From positions 1 through 64,000 of IMG/VR virus record IMGVR_UViG_3300037067_003476: a stretch of DNA of 64,000 bases; one strand, written 5' to 3'. Shown in pieces: positions 37,735 to 48,189 of this stretch. This DNA comes from a virus. Its lineage: Duplodnaviria > Caudoviricetes. Under the pieces are notes generated by a model. It worked only from the letters and a program-made list of their open reading frames with translations. It did no database searches and was not told where the DNA came from. Numbering within the stretch: position 1 is the stretch's first letter; every line of letters starts with the position of its first letter. Position numbers and translations under genes: made by a program.

Positions 37735-38818
37735 ACCCGTAGTAATGACAATCTCTGGAATACGCCCAGATTTTATACGTATGTCTGCTGTATATAAAAG
37801 GCTGGATGAATGCACAGATCACTGTCTCGTACATTCAGGCCAACATTTTGATACAATTTTATCGGGAACATTTTTTGACGAATTCAATATTCGCGAACCA
37901 GATTACAACCTAGATATAGGTAAGGATAGTCCTAGTCATTGGATGCAATTGTCAAACCTCACTAGGCGATTGTTTGAACTCATAAAAAGAGAAAGTCTAA
38001 ATCCAGACTTAATTTTGTTTTTGGGCGACAGCAATTCTGTGTGTTGTTCACTCCCACTGAAAAAGGAAGGATTCAAGATAGGTCATATCGAAGCCGGAAT
38101 GAGATCTGGAGATAGGCGTATGCTAGAAGAAATCAATCGGGTGACGTGCGACCACTGTTCAGACATATTGTTTACGTATCATAACGACTATAGAGACAAT
38201 CTACTTCTAGAAAATGTCAAACAAGAAAGCATACATGTTGTTGGCAACACAATAGTCGAGGTTTGTAAGCCGATAGCCGACAAGCTAAAACAACGACCAA
38301 GCGCACGAAATCAAATCATTGTAGATATACATAGGCCAGAATCGATTAACGACCCTAACAGATTACATAATATTCTTCGTCTTGCAGAATATCTTGGGAA
38401 TGTTTATAGGGTGCCCGTTAGGTTTTTGAAATTTAGTCGCACGATGCGAGCTATTAAGAAGGCTGGATTAGATTTTGGTAGTATTACGCCAGTTGCGCTT
38501 ATGGGGTATGGTGATTTCCTTAGAGAACAATATGATTCGGTTTGTCTAGTATCTGATAGCGGAACTGCGCAAGAAGAAACCGCATTGCTTAACACCCCGG
38601 TCTTGGTTCCAAGAGACTACACAGAACGCCCACAGTCTGTTGTGTTTGGATGTTCTGCCATGGTTAACGCAAATAATGTCCGTCAAGTAGATGTGAATAG
38701 ATATGTTGAATGGGTTGATATGACGTTGAGCGAACCAGATCGCATGAAGACGGAGTGGCTTGGGGATGGAAACACAGCGCAGAAAATCGTAGAAATAATC
38801 GAAAGGATAATTCGGTGA
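37727..38818 (+). CDS. wecB: UDP-N-acetylglucosamine 2-epimerase (non-hydrolysing)
   Basis: GIRPDFI, HSGQH, GDSNS, HIEAGMRS, EEINR, DSGTAQEE, TERP. Confidence 0.93.
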   Translation: MSKPVVMTISGIRPDFIRMSAVYKRLDECTDHCLVHSGQHFDTILSGTFFDEFNIREPDYNLDIGKDSPSHWMQLSNLTRRLFELIKRESLNPDLILFLGDSNSVCCSLPLKKEGFKIGHIEAGMRSGDRRMLEEINRVTCDHCSDILFTYHNDYRDNLLLENVKQESIHVVGNTIVEVCKPIADKLKQRPSARNQIIVDIHRPESINDPNRLHNILRLAEYLGNVYRVPVRFLKFSRTMRAIKKAGLDFGSITPVALMGYGDFLREQYDSVCLVSDSGTAQEETALLNTPVLVPRDYTERPQSVVFGCSAMVNANNVRQVDVNRYVEWVDMTLSEPDRMKTEWLGDGNTAQKIVEIIERIIR

Positions 38819-39717
38819 TATATCTAAATGCTCAAGTGGTAAATTCTTCGTTTAACGATGATACCTTTTGGAGATGGATTCATAGAGAACTTCCCAATGA
38901 TACAATTATTGCACCTCCTCCAGACGAATTAAACCCGGAAGACGTTGTTCTTCACTACTCAACAATGGGTACGCCGAAACATCCAGAGCACACGATAGCT
39001 CTGTTATGGGAATTGTATCCAGACATGAAGGATAAATTGGGATCAAATGTCTGGGACTATATATTGGACGAAATAGATAAATGTAAAACAGCAGCACGAA
39101 AAACTGTTACTACTGATTTAATGCGTCCATATTACGCTGAATTTGGATTAATACATAAATTACCAATCGGAATAGATACTGACTTATTTAAACCAGCGGT
39201 CGACAAGAATGCGTTGCGCGCAAAATATGGGATTCCATTAGGCGCTAGTGTTGGATTTTATTGCGGTACTAGTCATCCGATGAAAGGTGCTGATTTAGCT
39301 AAACAATATTTTGTCGAACACCCAGATGTATTCCCATTGCTGGTATGGAAAAGTCCGTATGAGAGATATCCAATAAGCGGTGGCAAACAGTTTTGCGCTA
39401 TTCAGCAATCGCAGTTGGCAGAACTAATGGGTTGTTCGGATTTCTTTTTGTGCTGTGGTAGGCTGTTGCCATTCTTTTTGGTAGAGTGGGAAGCCTTGGC
39501 GGCGAATTTACCGGCAGTTGTTATCGGTGGCGTTGGAAGAGATTTTGTTCCTGGACAAAACCCGCGAGACCAGATATTTGACAAAGGATGGGATCGTGAC
39601 AGTGCTCTTGTGACATGGATTGACTACATTAACGATCTTATAGACGACAATACGGATGGAGAAGGGCCGTTTATTGATGGAGGTAGTCAAAAGATAAAAA
39701 AGGTTAAAGATGCCTAA
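38815..39717 (+). CDS. GT4-like glycosyltransferase
   Basis: PIGIDTDLFKP, HPMKG, FFLVEWEALAANLP; GTGA overlap. Confidence 0.8.
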   Translation: MIYLNAQVVNSSFNDDTFWRWIHRELPNDTIIAPPPDELNPEDVVLHYSTMGTPKHPEHTIALLWELYPDMKDKLGSNVWDYILDEIDKCKTAARKTVTTDLMRPYYAEFGLIHKLPIGIDTDLFKPAVDKNALRAKYGIPLGASVGFYCGTSHPMKGADLAKQYFVEHPDVFPLLVWKSPYERYPISGGKQFCAIQQSQLAELMGCSDFFLCCGRLLPFFLVEWEALAANLPAVVIGGVGRDFVPGQNPRDQIFDKGWDRDSALVTWIDYINDLIDDNTDGEGPFIDGGSQKIKKVKDA

Positions 39718-40465
39718 TATAAGCATTATCTCTCTTATTTATAAATCCACTAGATTTGCAGATGCTGTCTATGATTCTATTGTTAAGTATACACCATTGA
39801 TCGAAGGTTGGCAAGCGGAGTTTTTCTTTGTAGCCAATGACGCCGATGATCGGGTAATTAAACACATACAAGGTCGTGGGATAAAGTGCGTTATTCAAAA
39901 CAATGATCGCAAGACAGATGAAGAGTTGTTTGGGATGGGGATAGGTTGGCCCGAGTACATTAGTCGGGTATACAAGGGGTGGAATAGGGCGATACTTGAA
40001 GCACAAGATATAGTGGTATTAGTAAATAGTGATTGTCTATTTTCTCCTGGATGGCTTGAGAACCTTTTGAAACACGCCAGACAGGATCGCGTCGTGTGCT
40101 CGCAATTATTTGAGCGAAAGCATCCAAAGTACGGTATTTTCCCAGGAGCATATCACGGTGAATTTGGAAACCATCCAGATAACTTTAATGAGGATGAATT
40201 TTTACAAGCAGCACGTAATGTATCTCGCCCAATACTTAGGCAGGGTGGCGCATATATGCCATGTTTGTTTTATAAAGACATTGCGCTGAATGCTGGAATG
40301 TATCCGGAGGGCAACATTGCCGGAAAAAACTTTAACCACATAGTAAGATACGGGGATGAAGATTTTTTTCTTCGTCTTGCTATGCTTGGCGTATCCCATG
40401 TAACAGCGATGGATTCAATTGTCTACCACTTTAAAGAGGGCGAAATGGAGGACATTGGTGTATAA
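39710..40465 (+). CDS. GT2-like glycosyltransferase
   Basis: ISII, WNRAI, VLVNSD, GDEDFF, VYH. Confidence 0.8.
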   Translation: MPNISIISLIYKSTRFADAVYDSIVKYTPLIEGWQAEFFFVANDADDRVIKHIQGRGIKCVIQNNDRKTDEELFGMGIGWPEYISRVYKGWNRAILEAQDIVVLVNSDCLFSPGWLENLLKHARQDRVVCSQLFERKHPKYGIFPGAYHGEFGNHPDNFNEDEFLQAARNVSRPILRQGGAYMPCLFYKDIALNAGMYPEGNIAGKNFNHIVRYGDEDFFLRLAMLGVSHVTAMDSIVYHFKEGEMEDIGV

Positions 40466-40481
40466 GATTATAGAAAAAAAC

Positions 40482-40904
40482 ATGCGTAAAATTGTGTCAA
40501 CAGCAATCTTTGTTTTACTGATAGTGGTACTGAACGTATGGTATAACCATTTCAGAGATAGTATTGGCGAGAATGAGGTATCTATAATTACGTCTGTCGC
40601 GATTAATGTCCTTCTAACAGAAAATGATGTATCACAACAGGACGCCATAATTCTGCTTCGATATGTCGATGCTATATCCGATGTGCTGGTTTCTGAACCT
40701 GAAAGAGACTTTCGAAAGGCGAGAGAATTGGTTGTCTCTCAATTGCCAGAACACCTGAGATTCATTGGAAATCGGATAGTTGATCTTATCCAGGTATATA
40801 CTGATAGGTATATGCAGAATGGCGACAACACTGAAAAAATCGAATTTGCCAAAATCGTTACCCGCTTTATAAAAGATGGAATCGAGTCGTATGTCACAAA
40901 TTAA
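40482..40904 (+). CDS. hypothetical protein with N-terminal TM/signal
   Basis: MRKIVSTAIFVLLIVVL. Confidence 0.65.
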   Translation: MRKIVSTAIFVLLIVVLNVWYNHFRDSIGENEVSIITSVAINVLLTENDVSQQDAIILLRYVDAISDVLVSEPERDFRKARELVVSQLPEHLRFIGNRIVDLIQVYTDRYMQNGDNTEKIEFAKIVTRFIKDGIESYVTN

Positions 40905-41208
40905 TTGTGTATTCAATTCATTTGTTATCGATGACGATGTGTTGGTAGTAGAATTTGTTGTGCCGGGTAGGACACACGCAGATATTGCCGTTGAGATAGA
41001 TAGCGATAGGTCATTGATTGTTATCGCCAGGGCGACCAATTCGCTTGCCGGGTCTATTGGAAGCGTCCCAGTGCAATATCAAACATCGCCCATAAATAAC
41101 AGATGGGATATTGAACACATCAGGACTGTTTGTTCTAACGGAATGCTGACAATTACAATACCTGCTATTAGTTATGTAAACCCACGAAATTATGTGAGCC
41201 CAAATTGA
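40891..41208 (+). CDS. Hsp20/alpha-crystallin family protein
   Basis: VVPG...DIAVEI, NGMLTITIP. Confidence 0.75.
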   Translation: MSQINCVFNSFVIDDDVLVVEFVVPGRTHADIAVEIDSDRSLIVIARATNSLAGSIGSVPVQYQTSPINNRWDIEHIRTVCSNGMLTITIPAISYVNPRNYVSPN

Positions 41209-41804
41209 TACTAGATATTATCGATGACATCGTGTTAGATAAGTCAACAATAACGGCGTTATTGCCATACGTTCCACAACTACAAAAAAGCATGTATGTT
41301 CGGCAAAGAACTGGTACGGTTTTTCAGCACACGAAAAGAGTGGTAGATCTTCTACAAGTTCGTAATGTAATTACGGTATGCTGTGCTGTATTTCATGACC
41401 TCGGCAAATGCCGTAGCTTTAAGTCTCATCAGCTTATTTCGTCTGATATAGCCCGAACATTCTTCACACAGAATTGGTTTGATTACCAAATGGTTTCTTC
41501 GATTGACAGAATAATCAGATCGCACATGTACGATCTATGGCCAGTAGCGCTTTCTCCGGATAAGATGACTGACAAACTGATCGCTAGCGTCGGGTTATCC
41601 AATATAACCAATTGGTTTGCCCTAAGACGCGCTGATATTGCATCATACGGGAATCCGGCATCAATAAAACTTGTTGATGATGTACAACAACTAATAAAAA
41701 ATAAACTCGAACAACAGGGTAGTGATTTGAAATTATTGTCGCCACATAATATCGCAATGTCTGGTAAAGACGAATTATGGAATAGTGTCAAATGCTGGAT
41801 ATAA
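41205..41804 (+). CDS. HD-domain protein (like the C-terminus of CCA-adding enzymes)
   Basis: VFQHT, FHDLGK, H...S, HM, AD, AMSGKD. Confidence 0.75.
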   Translation: MILDIIDDIVLDKSTITALLPYVPQLQKSMYVRQRTGTVFQHTKRVVDLLQVRNVITVCCAVFHDLGKCRSFKSHQLISSDIARTFFTQNWFDYQMVSSIDRIIRSHMYDLWPVALSPDKMTDKLIASVGLSNITNWFALRRADIASYGNPASIKLVDDVQQLIKNKLEQQGSDLKLLSPHNIAMSGKDELWNSVKCWI

Positions 41805-42319
41805 AAAGACCATCTTACGACGAATGGTATCTATTCATGGCATTTTGGATTTCTCGTCGAAGTCCAGATCCAAGCACCAAACACGGGTGTATATTTGTAG
41901 ACAAACATAATAGGCCAATATCATTTGGGTATAATGGATGCCCACCCAACACTAAGGACGATAAGGGTATTCTAAGCAACAGGCCACTAAAGTATTATAT
42001 AGTGATACATTCAGAAGAAAATGCCATAATAAATACGCCAAGATCAATTAGGGGATCAACGGCATATATCACTGGAGAACCATGTTCTAGATGCTTGTCA
42101 AAACTAATATCGGCTGGTGTATCGAGAATAGTGTTCGGCGCAACAAGGTCCAAGTGCATTTATGAGGATGCGCACGACAAAGAAGCCAAAAATATACTAC
42201 TAAGAAGTCATGACATTAAAATCGAGATGTTGCAAATGGATGTGAATACAATACGTGCAAATATCGATGCGATCTTCGGTATCGTAGAGGGTGACCAAAA
42301 TGCAGCTATCGAAGTATGA
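41792..42319 (+). CDS. dCMP deaminase
   Basis: RSPDPSTKHG, GYNG, HSEEN, PCSRC. Confidence 0.93.
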   Translation: MLDIKRPSYDEWYLFMAFWISRRSPDPSTKHGCIFVDKHNRPISFGYNGCPPNTKDDKGILSNRPLKYYIVIHSEENAIINTPRSIRGSTAYITGEPCSRCLSKLISAGVSRIVFGATRSKCIYEDAHDKEAKNILLRSHDIKIEMLQMDVNTIRANIDAIFGIVEGDQNAAIEV

Positions 42320-44045
42320 ACCAACAGGTTTCGCTCTAACAATATTCAAAGATCGTTATGCGATACATGACAACGAAACATTTGATCAGGCGTGTCTGCG
42401 GGTAGCAGAATGCGTAGCCGCAGTTGAATGCGGAACCAAAAGAGACGAATTCAAAAGTAGATTCTATGATATAATGAGTACGAACAGATTTTCTCCAGGT
42501 GGTCGCATATGGTCTGGTGCTGGACGAGCACACGGCCATCTGTTAAACTGTTTTGTGCTAGATATTGAAGATTCTAGAGAGGGATGGGGGGAAGCGCTGC
42601 GTAGCGTAACCATCATTTCTGGAACTGGTGGTGGGGTTGGGTTATCTTTCGCTAAAATCAGGCCACGAGGAGCAAAGATCAAAAGCACTAATGGACGATC
42701 AACGGGATCTGTTAGTCTCATGCGATGTATTAATGCTGTTTGCAATGAATTGCGAAGCGGGGGCAATAGGCGAAGCGCTCTGTTGTTTGCTTTGCCGTAT
42801 TGGCATCCAGATATACCAGAATTCTTGAAGGCAAAGCTAGACGAGAACGAACTTACTAATGCCAACATATCTGTAACAATCGACGATGAGTTTCTAAAGC
42901 TGGTCAAGAACAATAGGGATGTTGTATTCGCCTGGGATGGAATACAATATGGAACAATGCCAGCAAAAAAGCTATGGGACAAAATAGTTCATAATGCATG
43001 GAATTGTGGAGATCCTGGAATAATCAATCTTGGATTAGCAAACGAGATGTCTAATATAGCCTATGACACTAAGTTAATAGCAACAAATCCATGTGGCGAA
43101 ATAGTTATGAACCATGGTGGGTCGTGCGATCTTGGGGCAATAGTATTACCAACACATGTTATTAATGGCAGGGTTAACTGGAAAATGCTTGCAGATACAG
43201 TAATGGTTAGTGTTAGATTTCTTGATAATGTAATAGATCGTAGCGACTATCCGCTATCTTTCATGAAGGAAGTCGCACAACAATATAGGAGAATCGGCCT
43301 TGGGGTTATGGGACTACACGATTTTATGTTGAAACTTGGAGTAAAGTATAGTAGCTCAGAGGCTCTTAGGTTGGTCGATAAGGTAATGGATTTCATTAAG
43401 AAAAAGGCTTATGAAACCAGTACATTTTTGGCTGTTGAAAAGGGATCTTTTCCAAAGCTAGATCGACGGCAATTCGTTGGTTCGCGATTTATCAAAAACC
43501 TGACTATCGGTATGAGAAATAAAATTCTTGAATACGGTATACGCAATTGTGCGATATTAACAATAGCTCCAACAGGAACGATTAGTATTGTTGCTGGTGT
43601 CTCTTCTGGAATAGAACCAATATTTTCTCCCGTCTACAAGATCAAATTCAATAAACACGAATCAGTAAATGGAAATGAAGTAGAGACCATCGTCCATCCA
43701 TTGCTACAAGAATTTCTTATGGCTGGCAAATCCATAGAGGTGTTTGAGGGCGCACACGACATATCTCCAGAACAGCATTGTCTAATCCAGGCGATGTGTC
43801 AGAAACATGTTTGCAATTCAATAAGCAAAACGATAAACCTGCCGAAAGATTATCCGATTCAGGAACTTAGTTCGATTGTTATGCGAAATGTTAGACATCT
43901 CAAGGGTATTACTATATACAGGGATGGAAGCAGGGGAGAAAGCCCGCTCACGCCAGTTCCAATTTGTTATGTCAAGGATCATATTAACGATTTTATAGCT
44001 GGTGCGTCAAATAACGACTGTCCTAGTGGCCAATGTAGTTTGTAA
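42300..44045 (+). CDS. nrdJ: Class II (AdoCbl-dependent) ribonucleotide reductase
   Basis: NCF, TNPCGE, CDLG, APTGTIS, ISKTIN, C-terminal CPSGQC; no beta subunit in the window. Confidence 0.9.
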   Translation: MQLSKYEPTGFALTIFKDRYAIHDNETFDQACLRVAECVAAVECGTKRDEFKSRFYDIMSTNRFSPGGRIWSGAGRAHGHLLNCFVLDIEDSREGWGEALRSVTIISGTGGGVGLSFAKIRPRGAKIKSTNGRSTGSVSLMRCINAVCNELRSGGNRRSALLFALPYWHPDIPEFLKAKLDENELTNANISVTIDDEFLKLVKNNRDVVFAWDGIQYGTMPAKKLWDKIVHNAWNCGDPGIINLGLANEMSNIAYDTKLIATNPCGEIVMNHGGSCDLGAIVLPTHVINGRVNWKMLADTVMVSVRFLDNVIDRSDYPLSFMKEVAQQYRRIGLGVMGLHDFMLKLGVKYSSSEALRLVDKVMDFIKKKAYETSTFLAVEKGSFPKLDRRQFVGSRFIKNLTIGMRNKILEYGIRNCAILTIAPTGTISIVAGVSSGIEPIFSPVYKIKFNKHESVNGNEVETIVHPLLQEFLMAGKSIEVFEGAHDISPEQHCLIQAMCQKHVCNSISKTINLPKDYPIQELSSIVMRNVRHLKGITIYRDGSRGESPLTPVPICYVKDHINDFIAGASNNDCPSGQCSL

Positions 44046-44055
44046 GAGGTGTTCT

Positions 44056-45231
44056 GTGGAAAAGCTAGAACAAGTGATCAAGATGGTGCAAGACGGTAAA
44101 AGCAGAGAGCAGATCCAGGATGCAACTGGTTTATCTATGTGGAAAACCAGACAACTTATTACACAAGCCCGCACAATCATATCGTCTGGCGCAAACACAA
44201 AAGATGTTTCTGTGGACGCGTTAGATCAGATCAAGGTGGACCAACAACTTGCCAAACTAAGATCTGCAAAGACGAAAACAGAGTCTAAGTACGCTAGGTT
44301 GGTCGAAGAGTTGAACAAAAAAGAGGAGTCCATAACAGAGATAATTGAGTTATCAAAAAACGTACACGACACAAAACCGATAAGGATCAAGGTTGATCGC
44401 GGAGATACGGACTCTCATTCAACCGCCTTTATTGTGGCGTCTGATTGGCACCTTGAGGAGGTAGTTAATCCCAAAACAGTCGAGGGTGTCAATGACTTCA
44501 ATCTAGCTATTGCAATTGATCGTGTTAATAGGATGTGGAGAAATGGTCTCAAATTGATAGAAATGACAAGATCAAAGTCTAGAATAGACACACTTGTTGT
44601 ACCATTGCTTGGAGACCTAATGGCCGGATACATCCACGAAGAGTTGCTGGAAAGCAATTCGTTGTCTCCGATACAGTCCGCGCTCAAGATCTTTGAGCTA
44701 GTATCTAGTGGCATTGATTTTCTACTGGAAAACGGTGGGTTCTCTAGGATTGTGGTACCGTGCTGCATAGGTAACCACGGCAGAACAACACAGAAACCCA
44801 AGGTGTCAACGGCAAACATCAATAGCTATGAATGGCTGATATACAACTTCCTTGCGTCCAGATACATGAACAATCCTAAGGTTATTTTCAGGGTTGCAGA
44901 CGGGTATTTCAGCTATCTCGAAGTGTACAACATGACAATCCGATTTCATCACGGCGATGGCATTCGATACAATGGCGGCGTTGGCGGAGTACATATTCCA
45001 CTGAACAAGGCTATTGCGCAATGGAACAAATTCAACCACGCAGACCTAGATGTGCTAGGACACTGGCATTGTCGTATGTCTGGTAGCGACTACGTTGTGA
45101 ATGGTTCTGTCGTCGGGTACAATGCGTACTCAATCAGAATCAAGGCTGACTTCCAGCCACCGTGCCAATCGTTCTTTTTGATTCACCCGAATAAGGGGAA
45201 GACGGTAGAAGCGCCAATTTATGTAACGTGA
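44056..45231 (+). CDS. Calcineurin-like metallophosphoesterase with N-terminal HTH/coiled coil
   Basis: SDWH, LGD, GNHGR, HHGD, GHWH, NGS. Confidence 0.85.
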   Translation: MEKLEQVIKMVQDGKSREQIQDATGLSMWKTRQLITQARTIISSGANTKDVSVDALDQIKVDQQLAKLRSAKTKTESKYARLVEELNKKEESITEIIELSKNVHDTKPIRIKVDRGDTDSHSTAFIVASDWHLEEVVNPKTVEGVNDFNLAIAIDRVNRMWRNGLKLIEMTRSKSRIDTLVVPLLGDLMAGYIHEELLESNSLSPIQSALKIFELVSSGIDFLLENGGFSRIVVPCCIGNHGRTTQKPKVSTANINSYEWLIYNFLASRYMNNPKVIFRVADGYFSYLEVYNMTIRFHHGDGIRYNGGVGGVHIPLNKAIAQWNKFNHADLDVLGHWHCRMSGSDYVVNGSVVGYNAYSIRIKADFQPPCQSFFLIHPNKGKTVEAPIYVT

Positions 45232-46004
45232 TTTCTCTATATATGAAATACCACATAGTAACATATTGTTCGTCCGGCTATGCTGATTGTCTCAGATCTA
45301 CTATCAGTAGCTGGTTAGATAATGGAGAGATGGAACAGATATTGGTTTACTCAGATTCGGCAATAGACATTGGTATCAAAGACACAAGGGTGCTTATTAA
45401 CAATATATTTGTACGGCCAAAAATTGCCAGCACACATTACACAAATAAGGCAGTGGCAGTTTTGGATGCCATGCAGCGTATCGACAATATCTTAATGCTT
45501 GATACAGATTGTCTGATAGTCAGTACGCCAAAACAGTTTTTCAGTAGAAGCTTTGATGTCGCCCCGACGTTGTGGGGCATAGATACAAATCACATAGTAA
45601 CTAAAGACAGTTTTTGTGGCAAGCGCAATAAGATGTGGAATGATGTAAGTGCCGGCGCATTGTTTGTTCACAACACACCTAGCGCAAGAGTATTTATAGA
45701 AGAATGGGTGCGTGTTCAGAATGGATTAATCAAAGAGAAGATGTTCCGAGGGTATATTTCTAATAACGTGGATCAAAAGGCGTTAACACAAATTTGTCGT
45801 CATGCGATAGATACTGGTGATATCAACATTGTAGCTGCGAATGCAAGGATCTTTAACAATTATCCTGGAACACGATATCCAAGAGATATGCTGAAGTGGA
45901 TCAACGGGGTGTGTACTGATACCAAGATATTACATTTGGCTCATGGGATCTGGGATAGGAAAGAAGTTGTCGATAGTGTTGCGAGGATGATTTATGGCAA
46001 ATAA
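45228..46004 (+). CDS. Nucleotide-diphospho-sugar transferase (GT-A fold)
   Basis: LMLDTDC DxD, SAG, DQ.AL, FNN, ILH. Confidence 0.75.
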   Translation: MISLYMKYHIVTYCSSGYADCLRSTISSWLDNGEMEQILVYSDSAIDIGIKDTRVLINNIFVRPKIASTHYTNKAVAVLDAMQRIDNILMLDTDCLIVSTPKQFFSRSFDVAPTLWGIDTNHIVTKDSFCGKRNKMWNDVSAGALFVHNTPSARVFIEEWVRVQNGLIKEKMFRGYISNNVDQKALTQICRHAIDTGDINIVAANARIFNNYPGTRYPRDMLKWINGVCTDTKILHLAHGIWDRKEVVDSVARMIYGK

Positions 46005-46932
46005 AGTTGCATGGTCTGAAAGTCGTATCAAAAAATTTAGAGAATGTCCGCGAGCATATTGGTTTTCGTATTACCTATCGAACAATGGATGGAGACCGGA
46101 CGCCTCTGAACGAAGCAAATTGGCGTACAGATTAAAAAAGATCACTAATCTTGCTATGTGGTGCGGAAGTGTTGTTCATAACGTAATAGAATTTGCTATT
46201 AAGTCAAAATTATCGACTGGAATACTAACTTCACCAAGCGATATGAAGTCAAAAGCGATTAAGATGTTTAGAGATGGTTGGAAAGAATCTATCACAAAGG
46301 AATGGATGAATAGACCAAGTAAGGCGGTTAATCTAGCAGAACATTATTTCAAAACTGGTGCGAGTAACGACCAAGCAAAAACTATAAAAGACAAGGCCAT
46401 GAAATGTATTGACAACCTACACCTTACTGCTCATTGGGATAACTTGATGTCTCTACAAAGGGATGACATATTTCCAGTTGAGCAGTTTGCTACATTTAAT
46501 CTTACTGGCGGCGAGCCGGTTATGGTTAAATTAGACGCAGCATATAAATATCATGATAGTGTAGTCCTTGTAGACTGGAAAACCGGCAAACCGAACGATT
46601 TTATTTCTGAGCAAATGATGACATACGCAATGTTCGCCCTCAAGTCCGGATGGACCAAACGAGTTGGCAATATCCTCTTATCACCAGTTTTTCTTGGTTC
46701 AGAAAAACAATGGGATGTTGAGACAACGATAAAAGTAGATATGGATCGACTTAAGGCACAAGCAGATGTCATCAAACGAGAACAGCATATTCTTGATGAG
46801 ATAGATTCATATAGCGACGATGAGTCACGATTCGCCGCTACAGGCAACACATACACATGTACTAGTTGTAATTTTAGAACAATATGTCCAAGACAAGGGA
46901 ATTACACCTGTGTCGAAACACCATTTGACTAA
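45994..46932 (+). CDS. PD-(D/E)XK nuclease, RecB/Cas4-like
   Basis: WSESR....ECPR, KLD, VDWKTG, Q...Y, CTSCNFRTIC. Confidence 0.88.
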   Translation: MANKVAWSESRIKKFRECPRAYWFSYYLSNNGWRPDASERSKLAYRLKKITNLAMWCGSVVHNVIEFAIKSKLSTGILTSPSDMKSKAIKMFRDGWKESITKEWMNRPSKAVNLAEHYFKTGASNDQAKTIKDKAMKCIDNLHLTAHWDNLMSLQRDDIFPVEQFATFNLTGGEPVMVKLDAAYKYHDSVVLVDWKTGKPNDFISEQMMTYAMFALKSGWTKRVGNILLSPVFLGSEKQWDVETTIKVDMDRLKAQADVIKREQHILDEIDSYSDDESRFAATGNTYTCTSCNFRTICPRQGNYTCVETPFD

Positions 46933-47242
46933 AATAGACATCGCCCGTAAGCCAATAACATTTACTCGTTGCGACGAAAGACGTGAAGTGTTCGCACCAT
47001 CTTGGGATTTGCTTAATAGCTACAAGGGCAACTTCATATCGTGGGAAGAATATATTGTCAGGTATACCGAAGAGATGAGGAGTGCTTACAGAAACAACAA
47101 ACAGGCGTTTGTAGACATGGCAAAACGCCTAGACCGAGTTGAGTTTGTGTGTTGGTGTAGTAAGACACCAACTAAACAGTGTCATCGTTTTCTCTTGTGT
47201 AGTTTTCTGGAGAAAGTTAGGTTATGTCTAAAACGGCAGTAA
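46910..47242 (+). CDS. DUF488-like protein
   Basis: FAPSWDL, WEEY..RY..EM, VCWC, CHR. Confidence 0.7.
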   Translation: MSKHHLTKIDIARKPITFTRCDERREVFAPSWDLLNSYKGNFISWEEYIVRYTEEMRSAYRNNKQAFVDMAKRLDRVEFVCWCSKTPTKQCHRFLLCSFLEKVRLCLKRQ

Positions 47243-47625
47243 TGTATTTTGACGGTGGTGTGCGGGACGACAAAATAGCCATGGGGTTTGTTGTATATCA
47301 TGTCGATGACAGATCAATGGTCTGGTTTGAGGATTATGGAAAGTGTGGAACTGGAACCAGCAATGTAGCGGAATACAGGGGGTTGCTTTCTGGCTTAGCG
47401 GCTTGTATAAAAAACCGCATTGATGTTGTATATATTTTCAGCGACAGCCAACTGGTTACCAATCAGGTTAATCAGGTATGGAAAGTCAGAAATGACACAT
47501 TGCGAAAACACAGAAATAAGGCACTAGAATTATTGTCGCATTTCAAGGAGTGGAATATATCGTGGGTTCCTAGAGAGAAAAACGTGTATGCTGATAGGCT
47601 TGTAAAGCTAGCATTTGGAGGATAG
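47224..47625 (+). CDS. rnhA: Ribonuclease HI
   Basis: YFDGG, SNVAEY, SDSQLV, WVPREKN..AD. Confidence 0.92.
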   Translation: MSKTAVMYFDGGVRDDKIAMGFVVYHVDDRSMVWFEDYGKCGTGTSNVAEYRGLLSGLAACIKNRIDVVYIFSDSQLVTNQVNQVWKVRNDTLRKHRNKALELLSHFKEWNISWVPREKNVYADRLVKLAFGG

Positions 47626-47628
47626 AGC

Positions 47629-48162
47629 ATGTTTAAGATAGTGTTAACAACAATTGTTTTTATGACCTTGGTCTGTACGAATTTTTCTTGTGTGGATGCC
47701 GATGCGAAAGTTGGTGTTGTTGGCGAACAACTAACAAGAATTGTCGACCAAAACGCGTCGATTAGTAACAAGTTAAATGACATTGACGAATTAACACAAT
47801 CTTTCAAACAACAACTTGTTGATAAAATGGACGTTATGCATAAGGAAATAAGTGCTGAAACCATCAATTATGGAGGCGCTGGCTGGGTTGTATTGGGAGC
47901 CACCGCTGTTGTTATCGTTTTTTTGCTAGCTGGAATTGGTATTGTACTCATCTTTGTTCGCAACTCGTTTAAGCTAAAGGGATTATTGACCCTAGTGACC
48001 TCTGCTATACAAAATAGTCCAAGCTATGCTTGCAACAAAGTAAAGGCAGAAATCGAAAAACAAACCGAAAACGGTGGTCCATTTGGATTAAAGCACAAGA
48101 AAATGTTGCGCGAGTTCACTGAAAAGGTAGGAACCTTTGCTGTCAAGACAAAAATTGAGTAG
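47629..48162 (+). CDS. membrane protein (signal/lipobox, coiled coil, TM)
   Basis: hydrophobic N-terminus ending FS-C; internal TM. Confidence 0.65.
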   Translation: MFKIVLTTIVFMTLVCTNFSCVDADAKVGVVGEQLTRIVDQNASISNKLNDIDELTQSFKQQLVDKMDVMHKEISAETINYGGAGWVVLGATAVVIVFLLAGIGIVLIFVRNSFKLKGLLTLVTSAIQNSPSYACNKVKAEIEKQTENGGPFGLKHKKMLREFTEKVGTFAVKTKIE

Positions 48163-48189
48163 TCAGGCAGTATACTGTAGAGGGGCATA

